DNA from: Octopus vulgaris
Taxonomy: Eukaryota
NCBI GenBank assembly: GCA_951406725.2
Contig: OX597833.1
Coordinates: 38,626,001-38,690,000, forward strand
DNA length: 64,000 bases
Reading direction: 5' to 3'
Within the stretch, counting starts at the first letter, position 1. Each line of letters opens with the position of its first letter. The position numbers were made by a program, and so were the translations under genes. This document shows, in pieces, positions 40,146-53,477 of this stretch. The notes below the pieces were generated by a model. It worked only from the letters and a program-made list of their open reading frames with translations, did no database searches and had not been told where the DNA came from.

Positions 40146-41076
40146 TAAAATATATATATATGAATTTTAAAACAATTTAATTTGGCTCCATGTCACCTAA
40201 AATTTTGCAGGCTTCTTACAGAAACTTAATTCATTCAGGCTCAGCAACTGTTTGTCCACTCATATATAGATATTGAAAAGTTTGATATGAGCTAATGAGA
40301 AGGTTATCAACTTATGAGCTATTAATTTCATCTTTAGAGACGAGAAGGTAATAAACACTCTTAATCATTAGGCTATAGAAGCATGGCATGTGAGACATGC
40401 AACGATGATTGGAGACCAAGCAGATCTTGCGGGGTAAGTAAATGTTAAAGATGTTTCATATCTAAAGGTGAGATAATCTGAAGAAATTATGATTTTGATA
40501 TCATCAATACAGAAGTTGTTATCCATCCATATCGCATGCCTAGACTAACATAATCCAATGTCCATACCAAGCCATACAAATAAATTTAATGTCCATTACC
40601 ATAACCTGGCCATACCAACACACTCACAGTTCATCCACATCATGTGGTCATATACTCTCATCACCTATTCATACCATATGGTCATGCCAACGATACCATT
40701 GTCCATTCATATGTGAGATAACTAACAAATCAGTCATCATCCATTTATATTACATGCCCACACCAACACAGTCACTAACCCACATATACCAACCAGCAAC
40801 AGACCCTCTCATTATACTCCAGTTAGGTCAGAGAGGTCAGCAACTCACTACATATAACAACATACTGCAACTATAAACATCATATTGTCAAAGAAAGAAA
40901 AAACAAACAAACAAGCCAGATTTGGACTTTATTACTTCCAAGTGTCTTTTATCCATTACTTGTTTCAGCCATTGGACTGGGGTATAAGCTGGGGTACCAC
41001 CTTGAAAGTTTTAGTTGAACAAATCGACCATAGTATGTGTGTATACATCTATATACATATATGTATGTACATGTGT

Positions 41077-41115
<39 letters not shown>

Positions 41116-41408
41116 CACACACACATATGATGAGCTTCAGTACAGTTTCTGTCTACCAAATTCACAAACAAATCATTAGTTGGCTCAAAGCTATAGTAAG
41201 ATTCTTGCCCAAGGTGTTGCACAGTGAGATTGAACTAGAAACCATGTGGTTGCAAAGCAAACTTTTTCATCACACAACCATGTAAAGAACCCACCCCCCA
41301 CTCGCCCTAAAAAAACCCCAACTAAAATCTGGGGTAGGCCAGCTGTCTTATGTTAGCTGAAAAGTGTATAAATGCAAAAATAAATACAAACAGATTAGAT
41401 CAACTTAC

Positions 41409-41539
41409 CGACAATGGCTGACCACACACTCATTACTGCAGTATTCACTGTCCCAACCTGGGTTGTCGATTGCATTATTTTGACAGCCGTTACGTACACA
41501 CATGCCAGGACCAGCACTGCACATACCTCGTGGACCCGC
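41409..41539 (-). CDS. TOX: TOX-family HMG-box protein, exon with the Cys-rich C-terminal motif
   Basis: AGPRGMCSAGPGMCVRNGCQNNAIDNPGWDSEYCSNECVVSHCR versus TOX4 CVRSGC..WDNEYCSNECVVKHCR. AG/GT boundaries; 131 nt. Confidence 0.93.
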
Positions 41540-43599
41540 CTGGAACAATGGATCATTGGGTAAACATAAATAGGTGATATATTTTAAATAAAAAAACACG
41601 AGAGAATGATATAAATATAGAGAGATACAGAGAGAGATGGTGGGGTAGGAGGTAAGTGACACAATACTCCTTATTTTAAACTTGTGGTGTGGTGAACTAA
41701 ATTCTATTGGCATAAGAAAAACACTAGTATTCTCTTAAGAGATCAGTTCAGTTAATAATAATAATATGCCAATTTGTTTTCTGTACATACCTGATGTGTG
41801 TGTCACACTTAAGAGAAAGAAATTGTTGAAAGAAATTTTGTTGCTTAGATCTCTTGTAATTTCTGGAAGAGATTTGAAACCATCACCCATGAGTTGTATT
41901 ACTACATCTCAACACCCTTGCCTACTGAGCCACTGAAGCAGCAACGATCTTAATGAGAAAATTAAGATACTTAATTTGATGTGTGTGTCGAGCAAGGGAG
42001 AGAGGGAGTGTCTGACAGGTATTTGAATTCCTTTCTATGATTGAACTGAAGCTGACCCCTGGTTATTAAAAACCCAACCACACACACACACACATACATA
42101 CAAACACACATTTGTTTTAGGTCTTCTACCCATTTTAGGTCTTCTAACCATACAGAGTTGTTCAATTGGCACATTTGTTGATGTGTATAAGTAATTAAAA
42201 ACTAAAAGACACACACACACATATATATGAATCTATGAGTGATAATAAGTATCGTATGGTAGAAATAAACACAACTTTCTCTTTCTATATTTTTTGTTAA
42301 GTTAGGGTTTCTCTGTTTTGGTCAGGATTTTTCCAATTTCTTTTTTCTTATATCAAGCAATTGATGAAAGCATAAAAAAAAAGGAAAATTCATAGAGCTG
42401 AACAAAATCAAAAATATCAATTCTATTTTTTCCATTTACTTTTTACTTTCCTACAATATAATTAATTACCGTATCCTATATTACGGTGTCCTTGCATATT
42501 AGGTGGGTATTTCAGAAATATTTTCACCTTTTAAACGAAAACTGTCTAATACATTCGTATATGTTTTTCAATAGAAATACTCTGAATCATTTTGGAGATT
42601 TACTGTTTTAATAACAAGTTTTAAAATGTGGATAATCGCATGAGGGACACATCACGAGAGCATCAGTGTAGAAAGAGAGAATGGTTGCCTGAGGAACAGT
42701 GGGAGGAAATAAAGAAATCAAAATCGCGCAAGGATGAGACAGAGAAGAAACGAAATAAGCCAAGAAGTGAGAAAGCGTATCCTACAGCATAGGAGGGAAA
42801 GAAATCAGCAAAGGATAGAACAAATGAGCCAGGACCAAAGAGAAGTGTATTTTCAAAATAAGAGAGATAGAGAACATGAGTTGAGAGTAAAGGCAGCTGT
42901 ACTTAGAAAATATGAGAAACAGAGCTGGATCTCTCTCGGCATACCAGCAAACCACAAAATCGTACCAGAATAAAAAACAAAAAATTTTGTGATCCTGGGA
43001 TGGGAATTTTCCAAAAGAAATCTCAATTTTATTTTTCATGTTTTAGCTTTCTTATTTAACGATTGAGAATTTTGGACAACCACTAGAAATCAAGCATCAT
43101 TAAATTAAAAATACAGTCATTGTATCTCATGCTGGTGCCACATAAAAATCACCCAGTATACTATGTGGAGTGGATGGCCCAGGAAAAGCATACCAGAACA
43201 GACAATGGAGCTTGGTGTAACCCCTGGCTATGCCAGCACTAAAAAAGGACATATGATGATGATGTATAAACCAATGGTTATGATATTTTTAGGATTACAA
43301 AGACGGTCATCAGGAAGGATTTTAGCATTAAAAAATCAGAAAGTATGATTATTTTGTGGATATCAATTTTTGAATTGATAAACTTTTCCACATTTAAAAA
43401 AAAAAATTCACTGACCACGAGCAACACTGGAGTTTCATCATATAGTTTGTGGCCCCATCATAGATATAAAGGGGGTCACGAGGACGGTTAACAGTGAAAA
43501 TAAAATGGAAAAAGTGTTTGTCAGTATACAGTGTGTTATTATTTAGTGGTTATTGAAATGTGTCAGTCTTGAGCAGGATTCGAAATAGCTAATCAAAGC

Positions 43600-43891
43600 G
43601 GCTGTTATTTACAACTCAGTTTTGTCAATCAAAATAACCTATGGCACCAGAACATCCAAACATTATTTTCATAGAACAGTGAGAGGCAAGTCTTAGTTTG
43701 ACTTCTTGCAATCCTAAAGATTCCGCTCATGTATTCACAGTAAACAAGGTACAGGGCCAGACATTAGATCATGTAGGTGTATTTTTACACACAGCCAATT
43801 CTACGTCGCTATGAGTAGAGCAGCGGACTCCAGTAATTTGAAAATTAGTGTTGACCAAACAAAAAATATCGTCTACAAAGAAGTTTTGTAA
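43600..43891 (+). mobile_element. Decayed Helitron helicase C-terminus in a TOX intron
   Basis: FTVNKVQGQTLDHVGVFL, SQFYVAMSRA and TKNIVYKEVL* across a frameshift. The charged ORF at 42734-42973 may be the N-terminus of the same element. Confidence 0.7.
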
Positions 43892-44445
43892 TCATACTGA
43901 TATTATCAAAAGGAATATGGTTCATAATTTCAATAAGGAAATTTGTGAATTTTGAATGTATAAGAGTAAAATAGTGTAAACAACTAAAATAAAAGTATAT
44001 CTAAATGACACTTTTTCTCTTAATACTTTTTGTGTAATGATTGCAGGAAGCTCTGGCTTTCATTAGGAATGGTCCACATAACCATTCATGATACAGACAC
44101 CTGGAGTATATTTCAGTTTGGGACTGAATTGTAATGTGTCACTCAGTCGCAAACATGTGTCACACAGCTGCAATAGAATGCTGGATCACCAACAATCATG
44201 TGATTACTCTATGACACCACCCAGTAATCTATCAACTCTATTTACACATTTCTCAATACATACTGCTGTTATGACTCACCCCACTCCTCATTTTATGCCT
44301 CCATCGTAGATGGGTAGATTTGCTAGTGCTAATGATGATGTGATGATATGACAGAGAGAGTAATACTGACATTGATGGTGATATTGATGAAACGATAAAA
44401 AGTGATGATGAGTGCCAGAAGAAAGGAAACTAGACCATCTCTTAC

Positions 44446-44718
44446 CTGACTGACAATGGTTTGCTGTAAGTTGTTGTGTATTGGAGAAGTAACCGTACTG
44501 GCATTTGATACCACATTTTGGTTTGGTAGCTGGGGTGGGGAAGAGTAAGGGATCTGCTGTAAAGGAGGTGAGTCCGAGTGCATTGGGGTCATTTGCGTGT
44601 AAGTACCAATAGAGTTGACCTTGGTCATGGGGCCAGTAGTCGTGACACTCATTAATTCCTTTGAATTAATTAACCGATTTTGTTGTAATTTTTCTGAACT
44701 GAGGTCATCAATTGGAGT
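44446..44718 (-). CDS. TOX: TOX-family HMG-box protein, Pro/Gln/Ser-rich exon
   Basis: ttccag|TPIDDLSSEK...QQTIVSQ|gtaaga; 273 nt, phase 0-0. Confidence 0.85.
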
Positions 44719-45784
44719 CTGGAAAGATAGAAGGTATAACAATATGTACAGATCAAACTTCCAAACATTTGGAGGATATTATGAATTCACTTCACTATGA
44801 ACCCTTATTTTGTATATTACTCTGCAAGAACTATGATATAAGGAACAAAAGGCTTGAAATTGTGTGTGGTATTTTTCTTTGTCATGTTTGCATTTCTTAG
44901 CTGACTTATGAGATTTAACTCTTTAGCATTCAATCTGACCAGTTTCAGTCTAAATATTCTTTCTTTCTGTTTTTTGTTCAAACTGGCCAGGTCCTGCCTC
45001 TCACACCTACCCTGCATTGTTAATCTGAAAATAAACAGTCATACCATTGAAATCTCAAAGCTAAGAGATAATGTATAATTAATTCAAAAAATAATGTGAA
45101 TAAATAAGCACTGCATTTGACAGAGTAATCTGAATGCTAAAGTGTTAATTCTTCTTATAACAAGAAGTTATGGTGTTCAATTAAGTCCATAAAAAGCTTC
45201 AATTCAATAAGTCTGCTCAAATTTGAAGCTTCACTAAGTTAGAAGTTATTCAGCTATTTGTGAGTTAAATCTCAATTGAAGGACAAGTGTGTGTATGTGT
45301 CAGGCCAAGTGATTAAGGAGTTTCTAAGCAATCAAGAACCATGCACCCCAATTTTTGTCTGACAGTGGGTCATTGTAAGTGTCCTCTGTCACAACTTCCA
45401 GTTGCCCCCAAGTCTTGTTGTGAAATTGTGTAGAAGGAAACTGAATGGAAGCCAGTTGGATGGATGGAGTGTACCTGTAATTCTATGATACAAGACATAC
45501 ACTGCTTTCTGGCACTCTGTTGGTTATGACAATGAGAGTTCCAGTTGATTCAATCAATGGAACAGTCTTCCTCATGAAATTCTTGTGCAAGTGGCTGGGT
45601 ACTCCACAGAATGTGACAAGGCTGGCCCTTTAACATACAGGTACAATGCATTTTTGTTAGCTGAATGGACTGGAGCAACATGAAATAAAGTGTCTTGCTC
45701 AAAAACACAATGTGCAGCTGCTAATTGAACACACTATCTTTTGATTGAGAGCTGAGTACCCTAACCACTAAGCCACATGCCTTC

Positions 45785-46400
45785 ACACTGCCTTCAGTGA
45801 CACAATACACATTGCCTATAATGACACGAAACATATACAACCTTCGGTGACACAAGATACACACAGCCTTCAGTGACACAGGACATACACTACCTTTAGT
45901 CATACAAGACATACACCGACTTCGGTGACACAAGATATGTACTACCTTAACTGACACAACATACATGCAGTGACACAAGACACACACAGCCTTCAGTGAC
46001 ACAAGATACACACTGCCTTCAGTGACACAAGGCACACACTGCCTTTAGTGACACAAGACACACACTGCCTTCAGTGACACAAGACACACACTGCTTTTAG
46101 TGACACAAGACACACACTGCCTTCAGTGACACAAGACACACACTGCCTTTAGTGACACAAGACACACACTGTCTTCAGTGACACAAGACACACACTGCCT
46201 TCAGTGACACAAGACACACAGTGCCTTCGGTGACACAAGACACACACTGCCTTCAGTGACACAAAGCACACACTGCCTTCAGTGACACAACATACAAAGC
46301 CTTGAGTAACTCAAAGCATACAGTACTTTCAGTAATACATAACATGCACTACCTTCAGTGACATGACATACACTGTCTTCAGCGGCACAAAACATTTCGG
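45785..46400. repeat. 26-bp minisatellite (CACTGCCTTCAGTGACACAAGACACA)n, about 23 units
   Basis: Tandem units, homogeneous in the centre and degenerate at the edges. Confidence 0.92.
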
Positions 46401-46419
46401 TGAGGTGACATTGGCTTAC

Positions 46420-46500
46420 CTGAGAAACCAGACTGGCTTTGTATGCTGCTAATTGTTTTAGATACTCCTTTTTGGCAGTTTCAGTTTTCTTTTTGTACAC
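46420..46500 (-). CDS. TOX: TOX-family HMG-box protein, HMG helix-3 exon
   Basis: tttcag|VYKKKTETAKKEYLKQLAAYKASLVSQ|gtaagc; 81 nt. Confidence 0.95.
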
Positions 46501-46549
46501 CTGAAAGATAAGCCCAAAACACGTATTCCATTAGATGTGATGATGATGA

Positions 46550-46587
<38 letters not shown>

Positions 46588-46894
46588 GTGCTGTGCTAAT
46601 AGGAATAATATTGGAATAAAAAGAAATGGGGTTTCTAGTAAGAGCAGTAACAACAATAAAGAAATTGTTCAAGAAATATCAGTCTTGACCATATGGTGCC
46701 AGTTTATGTCCAGATAAACTGTCGCTGCTGTTACTGCTTCTGCTAATGTGGTTCTTTTTGCCGAGTTTCAAGTATGTGGGAATAAATAGAATTATAAATT
46801 ACAACAGCTGCTGCTGCTACAACTACATTTTCCAACATTCTATCACTCTTGACAACACAAACAATAATAATAATAATGATAATACCAACAACAA

Positions 46895-47785
46895 TAAGGA
46901 TTTCAAAGTTTGGCACAAGGCTAGCAACTTTGTGGGAGGAGATAAGTCAGTTACATTAACCCTAGTGTTTCGCTGGTACTTCATTTATCGACTCTGAAAG
47001 GTTGAAAGGCAAAGTCAACCTTGGTGGAATTTGAACTCAGAAAATAAAGATGGACAAAATGCCACAAAGCATTTTGCTTGGTGTGCTAACGATTCTGCCA
47101 GCTCACTGCCTTAATAATAGTAATAATAATAATAATAAGAAGAAGAATGGTTTCAAATTTTAGCACAAGGCTAGCAATTTTTGAAGAGTGATAAGGTGAT
47201 TACACTGACCCTAGTATTTAACTAGTACTCTTATTTTTATCGACCCCAAAAGGATGAAAAGTAAAGTTGACCTTAGAATATAGTGTTGGAAGAAATGTAA
47301 CTAAGTATTTTGTCTGACTAGCTAACGATTCTGCCAGCTCAACTACAGATTTCAATAATAATAATAATCCATTCTCCGATAGGCACAAAACCTGAAATTT
47401 TGGAGGAGGAGATGACTAGTCAATGAAATTAACCCCAATGTTCAACTGGTACTTATTTTTACCAATCTCGATGGGATGACAGGCAAAGTTGATTTTGGCG
47501 GAATTAGATCTCAGAATGTAAAGTCAAATGAAATGCTCTGAAGCATTTTGTCCAGTGAGTTAATGATTCTACCAGCTTGCTGCCACCATGATAATAATAA
47601 TAATAATCCTTTCTACTATAGGCATGATGCCTGGATTTTGTGGGGAGGGGGGGCAGTCGATCACATCAACCGACCCTGAAAAGATAAAAGGCAAAGTAGA
47701 CCCCGGCGGAATTTGAACTCAGAATGTAAAGACAGACAAAATGCCGTCTGGCATGCTGAAGAGTCTGCCAGTTCATTGCCTTAAA
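46895..47785 (-). mobile_element. Head-to-tail array of 4 SINE copies joined by (AAT)n
   Basis: Same family and arrangement as 36740-37890. Confidence 0.7.
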
Positions 47786-47818
47786 AAAAAAAAAAATAAA
47801 TAAAAATAATCTACTTAC

Positions 47819-47954
47819 ACTTTTGTGTTCAGGGTCAAGTCCATCCCACATGGAAGCAACAATTTTGGAGACTTCTCCAAAACTGGCATTGGGGTTCTGA
47901 CCTTTGATGGCTGCTTGGGTATCACGGAAAAACAAGGCATAGGCTGATACAGGC
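47819..47954 (-). CDS. TOX: TOX-family HMG-box protein, HMG-box core exon
   Basis: (K)[45 protein letters not shown], almost identical to the vertebrate TOX HMG box. AG/GT boundaries; 136 nt. Confidence 0.97.
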
Positions 47955-49116
47955 CTGCAAATAGAAAAACACAAAGCAACACTACAGATTTGCTCAACGG
48001 TGCAGCTAGGCTAAGAATTCTAGTGCACTGGAGGCACTACTGTTGTTCACTAGCATAAAACATGTCTATGCACGCATGCATTTCAGTAGAAAACACAGCA
48101 CACATCCCCCATACACACACACACCTACATTTTGGTAGAACAATAATGCTACTGCAAATTAAAGCATACAGTCATTCAGAAAACATGGAGATAAACATCC
48201 CTACACCTCTTTTCTTCTTTCTCTTTCTCTCGGTCTTTCTTCTTCGTTTTGTTCTTTCATTTTAGAAGGAAAACATATGCCAGATGGAACTGCTGCTGCT
48301 GCTGCTGCCGCCGCCGCTGCTAGTGATGTGGATGACTGTAATGGTGGAGGTGCTGCCTCTGACTACCACAATAATGGCAACGAAAATGAGGAATGGTAAT
48401 AAATGTAGGAGGGATTTGTTTGGCAGTAGGATGGTACAGAAATGAGAGAGAGAGAAAGAGAGACAAGGCATGGGAGAGATAGAAAGATAGAAATAGATAG
48501 ATAGATAGATAGAGAGAGAAAGAGAGAGAGTGGGAGAGATGCAAGTGAAAGTCACTTACAAAATTAGTTGATTTGAATTAGATCTGAGTTTAATGAAATA
48601 ATAAGGAGAAACAATGTGAAATCAATACAATAGAGGAGAAAAGAAACTTCCACAAACACACATGCATATAAATACACATGTATGTGCACACTAGTGTATA
48701 TATACACACACACATCTTATAATATTAATTCTACATATTACACACCACACACACACACACATCATGGACACAAAATATTCAGCATTACTCATTCACACAG
48801 ACTCGCACAATACATAACCATACATGCGGTTGAGTTTGGTGCTGGCGGTGTCGGTGGGTTTGCAGAGTTAGAGCAATCTGTGTTATTTCAGAATTGCTTA
48901 AGTGTTGATGAGAAGAGGACACAGTTGTTAGAAAATATGCATGAGTGTGCATGCGTCTATGTATGTGTGTGTCTGTGAGAGCATGTCTTTGTGTGTGTGT
49001 GTATCTACATGTGCATGCGTGTATGTGTATAAAAACTGATTCTAAAGTTACATAAGTAATTAAGGGCTGAGAATTTCAAAATTCTGTATTCTTGAGTACT
49101 ATACAGCTGATTAGAA

Positions 49117-49148
<32 letters not shown>

Positions 49149-50966
49149 TGATTTCCATTTTTCCTGATTCTTCACAAATCCTCCCCGCCCACCAGTTTGT
49201 GGCTGTGTAATTCCTAACCATGTGGTTTCGGGTTCAGTCCCACTGTATGGCATCTTGGGCAAATGCCTTCTTATACAACCCTGGTCTACTGTAGAAGGCA
49301 TTTGCCTTCTCAGAAAGGTGAAAGGCCAAGCTGATCTTAGCTGTATATGAAATTATAGAATAACTGAAAACAAGAAATAGTCTAGGACCTTACCATTTCT
49401 GCTAACCCACTAGCCTGAAAACAATGATTTTCTGACAATGCTACAAGTCCACACTTTTATAGGAGACAGGGTGAACTGAATCAATCTAGTATATTACTGG
49501 TACTCATTCTGTCTACTTTAATATCTGAACTTGAGAATACTGATTTCTAATATTTGTGCGAGGCCTGAAATTTTGAGTGCAGGAACAGTTGGTCAATTTG
49601 ATGTCACTGTATTAGTAATGAAGGAAGGAAATTGCCAGAATCATTAGAGAGCATTAAACAAAATGCCTTGCAGTATATGTTCTAGCTCTTTATGTTCTGA
49701 GTTCCATGATTAGTATTTGTCAAAGAAGTCACTACAGGCTGGAATCATTCCTTGACCTGATGGTGCAAGGAATGAAGACATGAAAATATAAGGTAAACCA
49801 CACTAGGATTTGAACTCAAAATTTTAAGGTAATATACAACTATAAATATCACAATGCTTTTTTGTTTAGTCCAGCACTCCAATAATATTCATAATGGTTG
49901 CTATTAAAGGCACACAGTCTGAAATTTTAGGGGAGGAGGGAAGTCAATTACATCTGGTGCTTGATATACTGACCCCGAAAGGATGAAAGATAAAGTGGAC
50001 CTCAGCGGAATTTGATTAATATTAATAATAATAACTTCTCATATCTAGCATATTGCCATTATTGTTTACACCCCACCCCAGTCAATTCTAACTGAACAGA
50101 CCTAAGATTAAAAGCCTTTCCACTCATGACCACCCACATTTGTTATAGGAGTCAAGGACTATACTACCTAATGTTTCCTCTCCTACTGAGATGGTGGGGT
50201 GTTGAGGGAAATTTTAGGAAGGTTGGGTATCCAGTTAGAGGTTTGCACATTGGCTTCCCTAACATGATAATAAAGACGATGAATACATGAACAGATGTAA
50301 GCATTTCAATATATTTTGTACAATGATGTACTTTCCTGAGGCACAGTGTGTCCAGGAACTAAAATATAAATGTTCTTCCTGTGACGCAACATCTTACAAC
50401 ACTAAAACAAACACACGCATACTTTGTGTGCACATGTGAATGCGCTTGTATGTAAATATGAACGTGTATGTACATGTGTGTTGTATGTAAAAATGTAGGA
50501 CTTTCTTTAAGTATGTGAATAAAGAGTGTGTGTGTGTGTGTACATACAAATATAACAGTGTGCATGTAAATGTTGGAGTGTGTAGAAGAATACGTAATTG
50601 TGTGTGTGTATGTGTGCTGGCGTACACATGAGTGCATGTCGTATATTTGGGATGTTTGGCTAAATTTAGCTGGGGGTACTGTTTTCTCATTCTTACAGAT
50701 ATAAAGGAGTAATGAATAACTAGCACACTTATGTACATGGACACACATATGAGAGAGAGGGATAACAAGCAAGGGGAAGGGGATTAGTTAGTGTGGGTGT
50801 ATAGAGGAATGGATATCCAAGTAAATGAAACCGAAAGGTGGTTAAGGGATAATTTAGTATTGATCAGAATACCAATATTGAGACATAAAGGGTGAAAGAC
50901 AGAGAAACTTCTCGGAAAAGAAAATCTGACACATCTCATAGTTTCTCCAAACCAATATTAAAAAGA

Positions 50967-51006
<40 letters not shown>

Positions 51007-52022
51007 GCATACACACATACAAAAAGAAAGAACTCACATAGGAAATTGCTAGAATGAACCAAGAGAGACCTGAAGGGAAAAGGAAGATCCAGTCATTGCT
51101 TTAATTATTTTGGCAAATATAAGAGTTAACTCCAGACATGTTTGTGTTTTATGACCTCATCTGGAAGCATAGATTTTATAGTGTTTGCCAAAGTAGTGAT
51201 AAGAGAATTGTTAAGTAAATGTGCAGTTTTATACAGTGGTTGACACAGGTGTAGAATGACAGAATAATTTAGAGAGTAAATTATTGAAGGCCACCATAAA
51301 AATAAAAAAAGGGCACAGCTGTGCTGTGGCATGGTCTTGGTTATGATAGGGGAGAACAAACGAAAAGAACTAAAGATCATGCAAACTACCTGACCATCCT
51401 GCTGAAATATCAATAAGAACATTAAGTCTAAAATGTTGTGTTGTCAACAGCGTACAGTGTGATATTATGAGTCTTGACTCATAAACTGACCTTATCTAAT
51501 TCTATGACCACCACCACTGACATCATTGACAATCCTTTAATCTCTACAGAGCAAACCAGATAACAAATTGATACTGACACATGGCCTACTACTAACAAAA
51601 ATTCAAGGTTATTTTCATTAGGCACTTGCAGTTTATCTTTCATTGCGATTTGCAGTTTATCTTACCCAGCTTACCCAGACGGTTTTAAAAATCTCCTCAC
51701 CTATCACTGAAACTCTCGCAGTCAGGTCAACAGGGCTGACCTGAGCTAATAACAACCACAAAAATTACTACAGTTGTCACTCACAAACTAATGAGGGCTT
51801 CTCTATGTCAAGGGTGGGACTGTTTTAGTAGCAAGAATGAATTCCTAGTGTATAAGTGGATATGAGAAAGATAATGAATCATCATCATCATTGTTTAACA
51901 TCCGCTTTCCATGCTAGCATGGATTGGACGATTTGACTGAGGACTGGCGAACCAGATGCGGGACCAGGCTCCAGTCTGATCTGGCAGAGTTTCTACAGCT
52001 TCTTCATCTTTACAAATACATA

Positions 52023-52251
52023 CAGTCATGGCCAAAAGTTTGAAACATAGGTCTCAAAATTAAAATTTTCATATTAAATGCCCTAAGTTAAATTTAATTT
52101 GCAATATGTTATTACTTAGCCAAAAGTTTGGATTACAGTTCTGAAAATTAGAATTTTAATGCTAAATTCATGAAGTTATATTTGGCCAGAGCATATATTG
52201 GACATAACAATTTTAGTTTTTTAAAAATGTTCCAAATTTTGGCTACAACTT
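52023..52251. mobile_element. Tc1-type MITE
   Basis: TA|CAGTCATGGCCAAAAGTTTGAAACAT ... ATGTTCCAAATTTTGGCTACAACTT|TA. Confidence 0.6.
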
Positions 52252-52557
52252 TACAAAATTTGTCAGTGGGCAGTTTTAACATTGAATGTGAGCAAGAGGT
52301 TTGCTACCTCAGAGATAAGTTGTCAATTGATTTGTAAGAAATAGCAACTAAATCACCCTTAAATAACATCCTACTAAGTTAAGAAGAAACGATACAAAAA
52401 TGGAACATGTTGAATAGTGTAGTTCACAGCTTGAAAATAATACAGTAAAACAACAAAAATAATGTTAGGATGACCTTGCTCAGTGCTGATCAAAAGTCAA
52501 ACAACAACAAACATGGGAGACAGACTGCTTAGAACCAGAAATTTAACAAGAACTTAC

Positions 52558-52670
52558 TTCTGTGGTTCATTTGGATCTTTCTTCTTCTTCTTTTTGGGTG
52601 CTTTCTGTTTCTTTATTGTACAGGTTTCCATAGATGTTTCCATGGCTGCCGTCCTTTTGATGCTGGCAAG
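52558..52670 (-). CDS. TOX: TOX-family HMG-box protein, NLS exon
   Basis: ttacag|LASIKRTAAMETSMETCTIKKQKAPKKKKKKDPNEPQ(K)|gtaagt; 113 nt. The KKKKKKDPNEPQK motif is diagnostic for TOX. Confidence 0.95.
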
Positions 52671-52705
52671 CTGTAATGGAAGAAAGCACAATATTAACAG
52701 TTGTA

Positions 52706-52764
<59 letters not shown>

Positions 52765-52809
52765 TGTAGAATAAGAAATAGAAAATCCTTGGTACAGTAT
52801 TATATGATT

Positions 52810-52936
52810 GGAAAAATGAATAGAAATGGCTTTTCTGATAATTTTTCCACTTTAATAATTAGATGTTTATAAGTTTACAAAACATCTAATTATTAAAGTG
52901 GAAAGATTATCACAAAAGCCATTCCTATTCATTTTT

Positions 52937-52938
<2 letters not shown>
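52810..52938. repeat. Near-perfect palindrome (59-bp arms, about 11-nt loop)
   Basis: GGAAAAATGAATAGAAATGGCTTTT..TTAGATGTTT / AAACATCTAA..AAAAGCCATTCCTATTCATTTTTCC. Confidence 0.9.
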
Positions 52939-52972
<34 letters not shown>

Positions 52973-53115
52973 CAAACATTGTTAACAGTAGAGAGATAGT
53001 CGATTACATCAAACCAGCACTCAACTGGTACTTATTTCATCTACCTTCTAAAGGATGATAGGCAAGTCAACCTTGATGGAATTTGAACTCAGAATGTAAC
53101 AACAGATGATATGCT

Positions 53116-53477
53116 CATTATTTACATTTGACAGACATTTGTCCTCATCTTGTTTGTTGTTGACACAACGTTTCAGCTGATATACCCTCCAGCCTTCATT
53201 TGATGTCTTGGGGGAATTTCGAACCTGGGTTCTCATTCCTAAGGTATTTTTCAATGTTATTATTATTATTATTATTATTATTCAGGTCACTGCTTGAAAT
53301 TGAACTCGGAATCTTGGGGTTAGTAGCCTGTGCTCTTAACCACTACACCATACACCCATGGACCTTGATGAAGGCTAGAGGGTATATCAGCCGAAACGTC
53401 GTGTTAACAACAGACAAGATGAGGACAAATATCTGTCAAATGTAAATAATGTACATAATTCCTCTTAAATATAGAAC
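53116..53477. mobile_element. Non-autonomous Penelope-like retroelement with inverted hammerhead-bearing repeats and a tRNA-like head
   Basis: 10-bp TSD ATGATATGCT (53106-53115, 53478-53487). Inverted arms of about 85 bp at 53116-53199 and 53368-53451. Hammerhead-like core TTGATGA-A-GGCT..AGCC-GAAACGTC. Confidence 0.65.

Noticed and set aside
42734-42973. Charged Arg/Glu/Gln ORF as a nested host gene
   Set aside because: No splice context; it most likely belongs to the decayed Helitron whose helicase end is at about 43891.
45785-46400. CRISPR-like array of 26-bp palindromic repeats
   Set aside because: The units are directly tandem with no unique spacers, there are no cas genes, and it lies in a eukaryotic intron.
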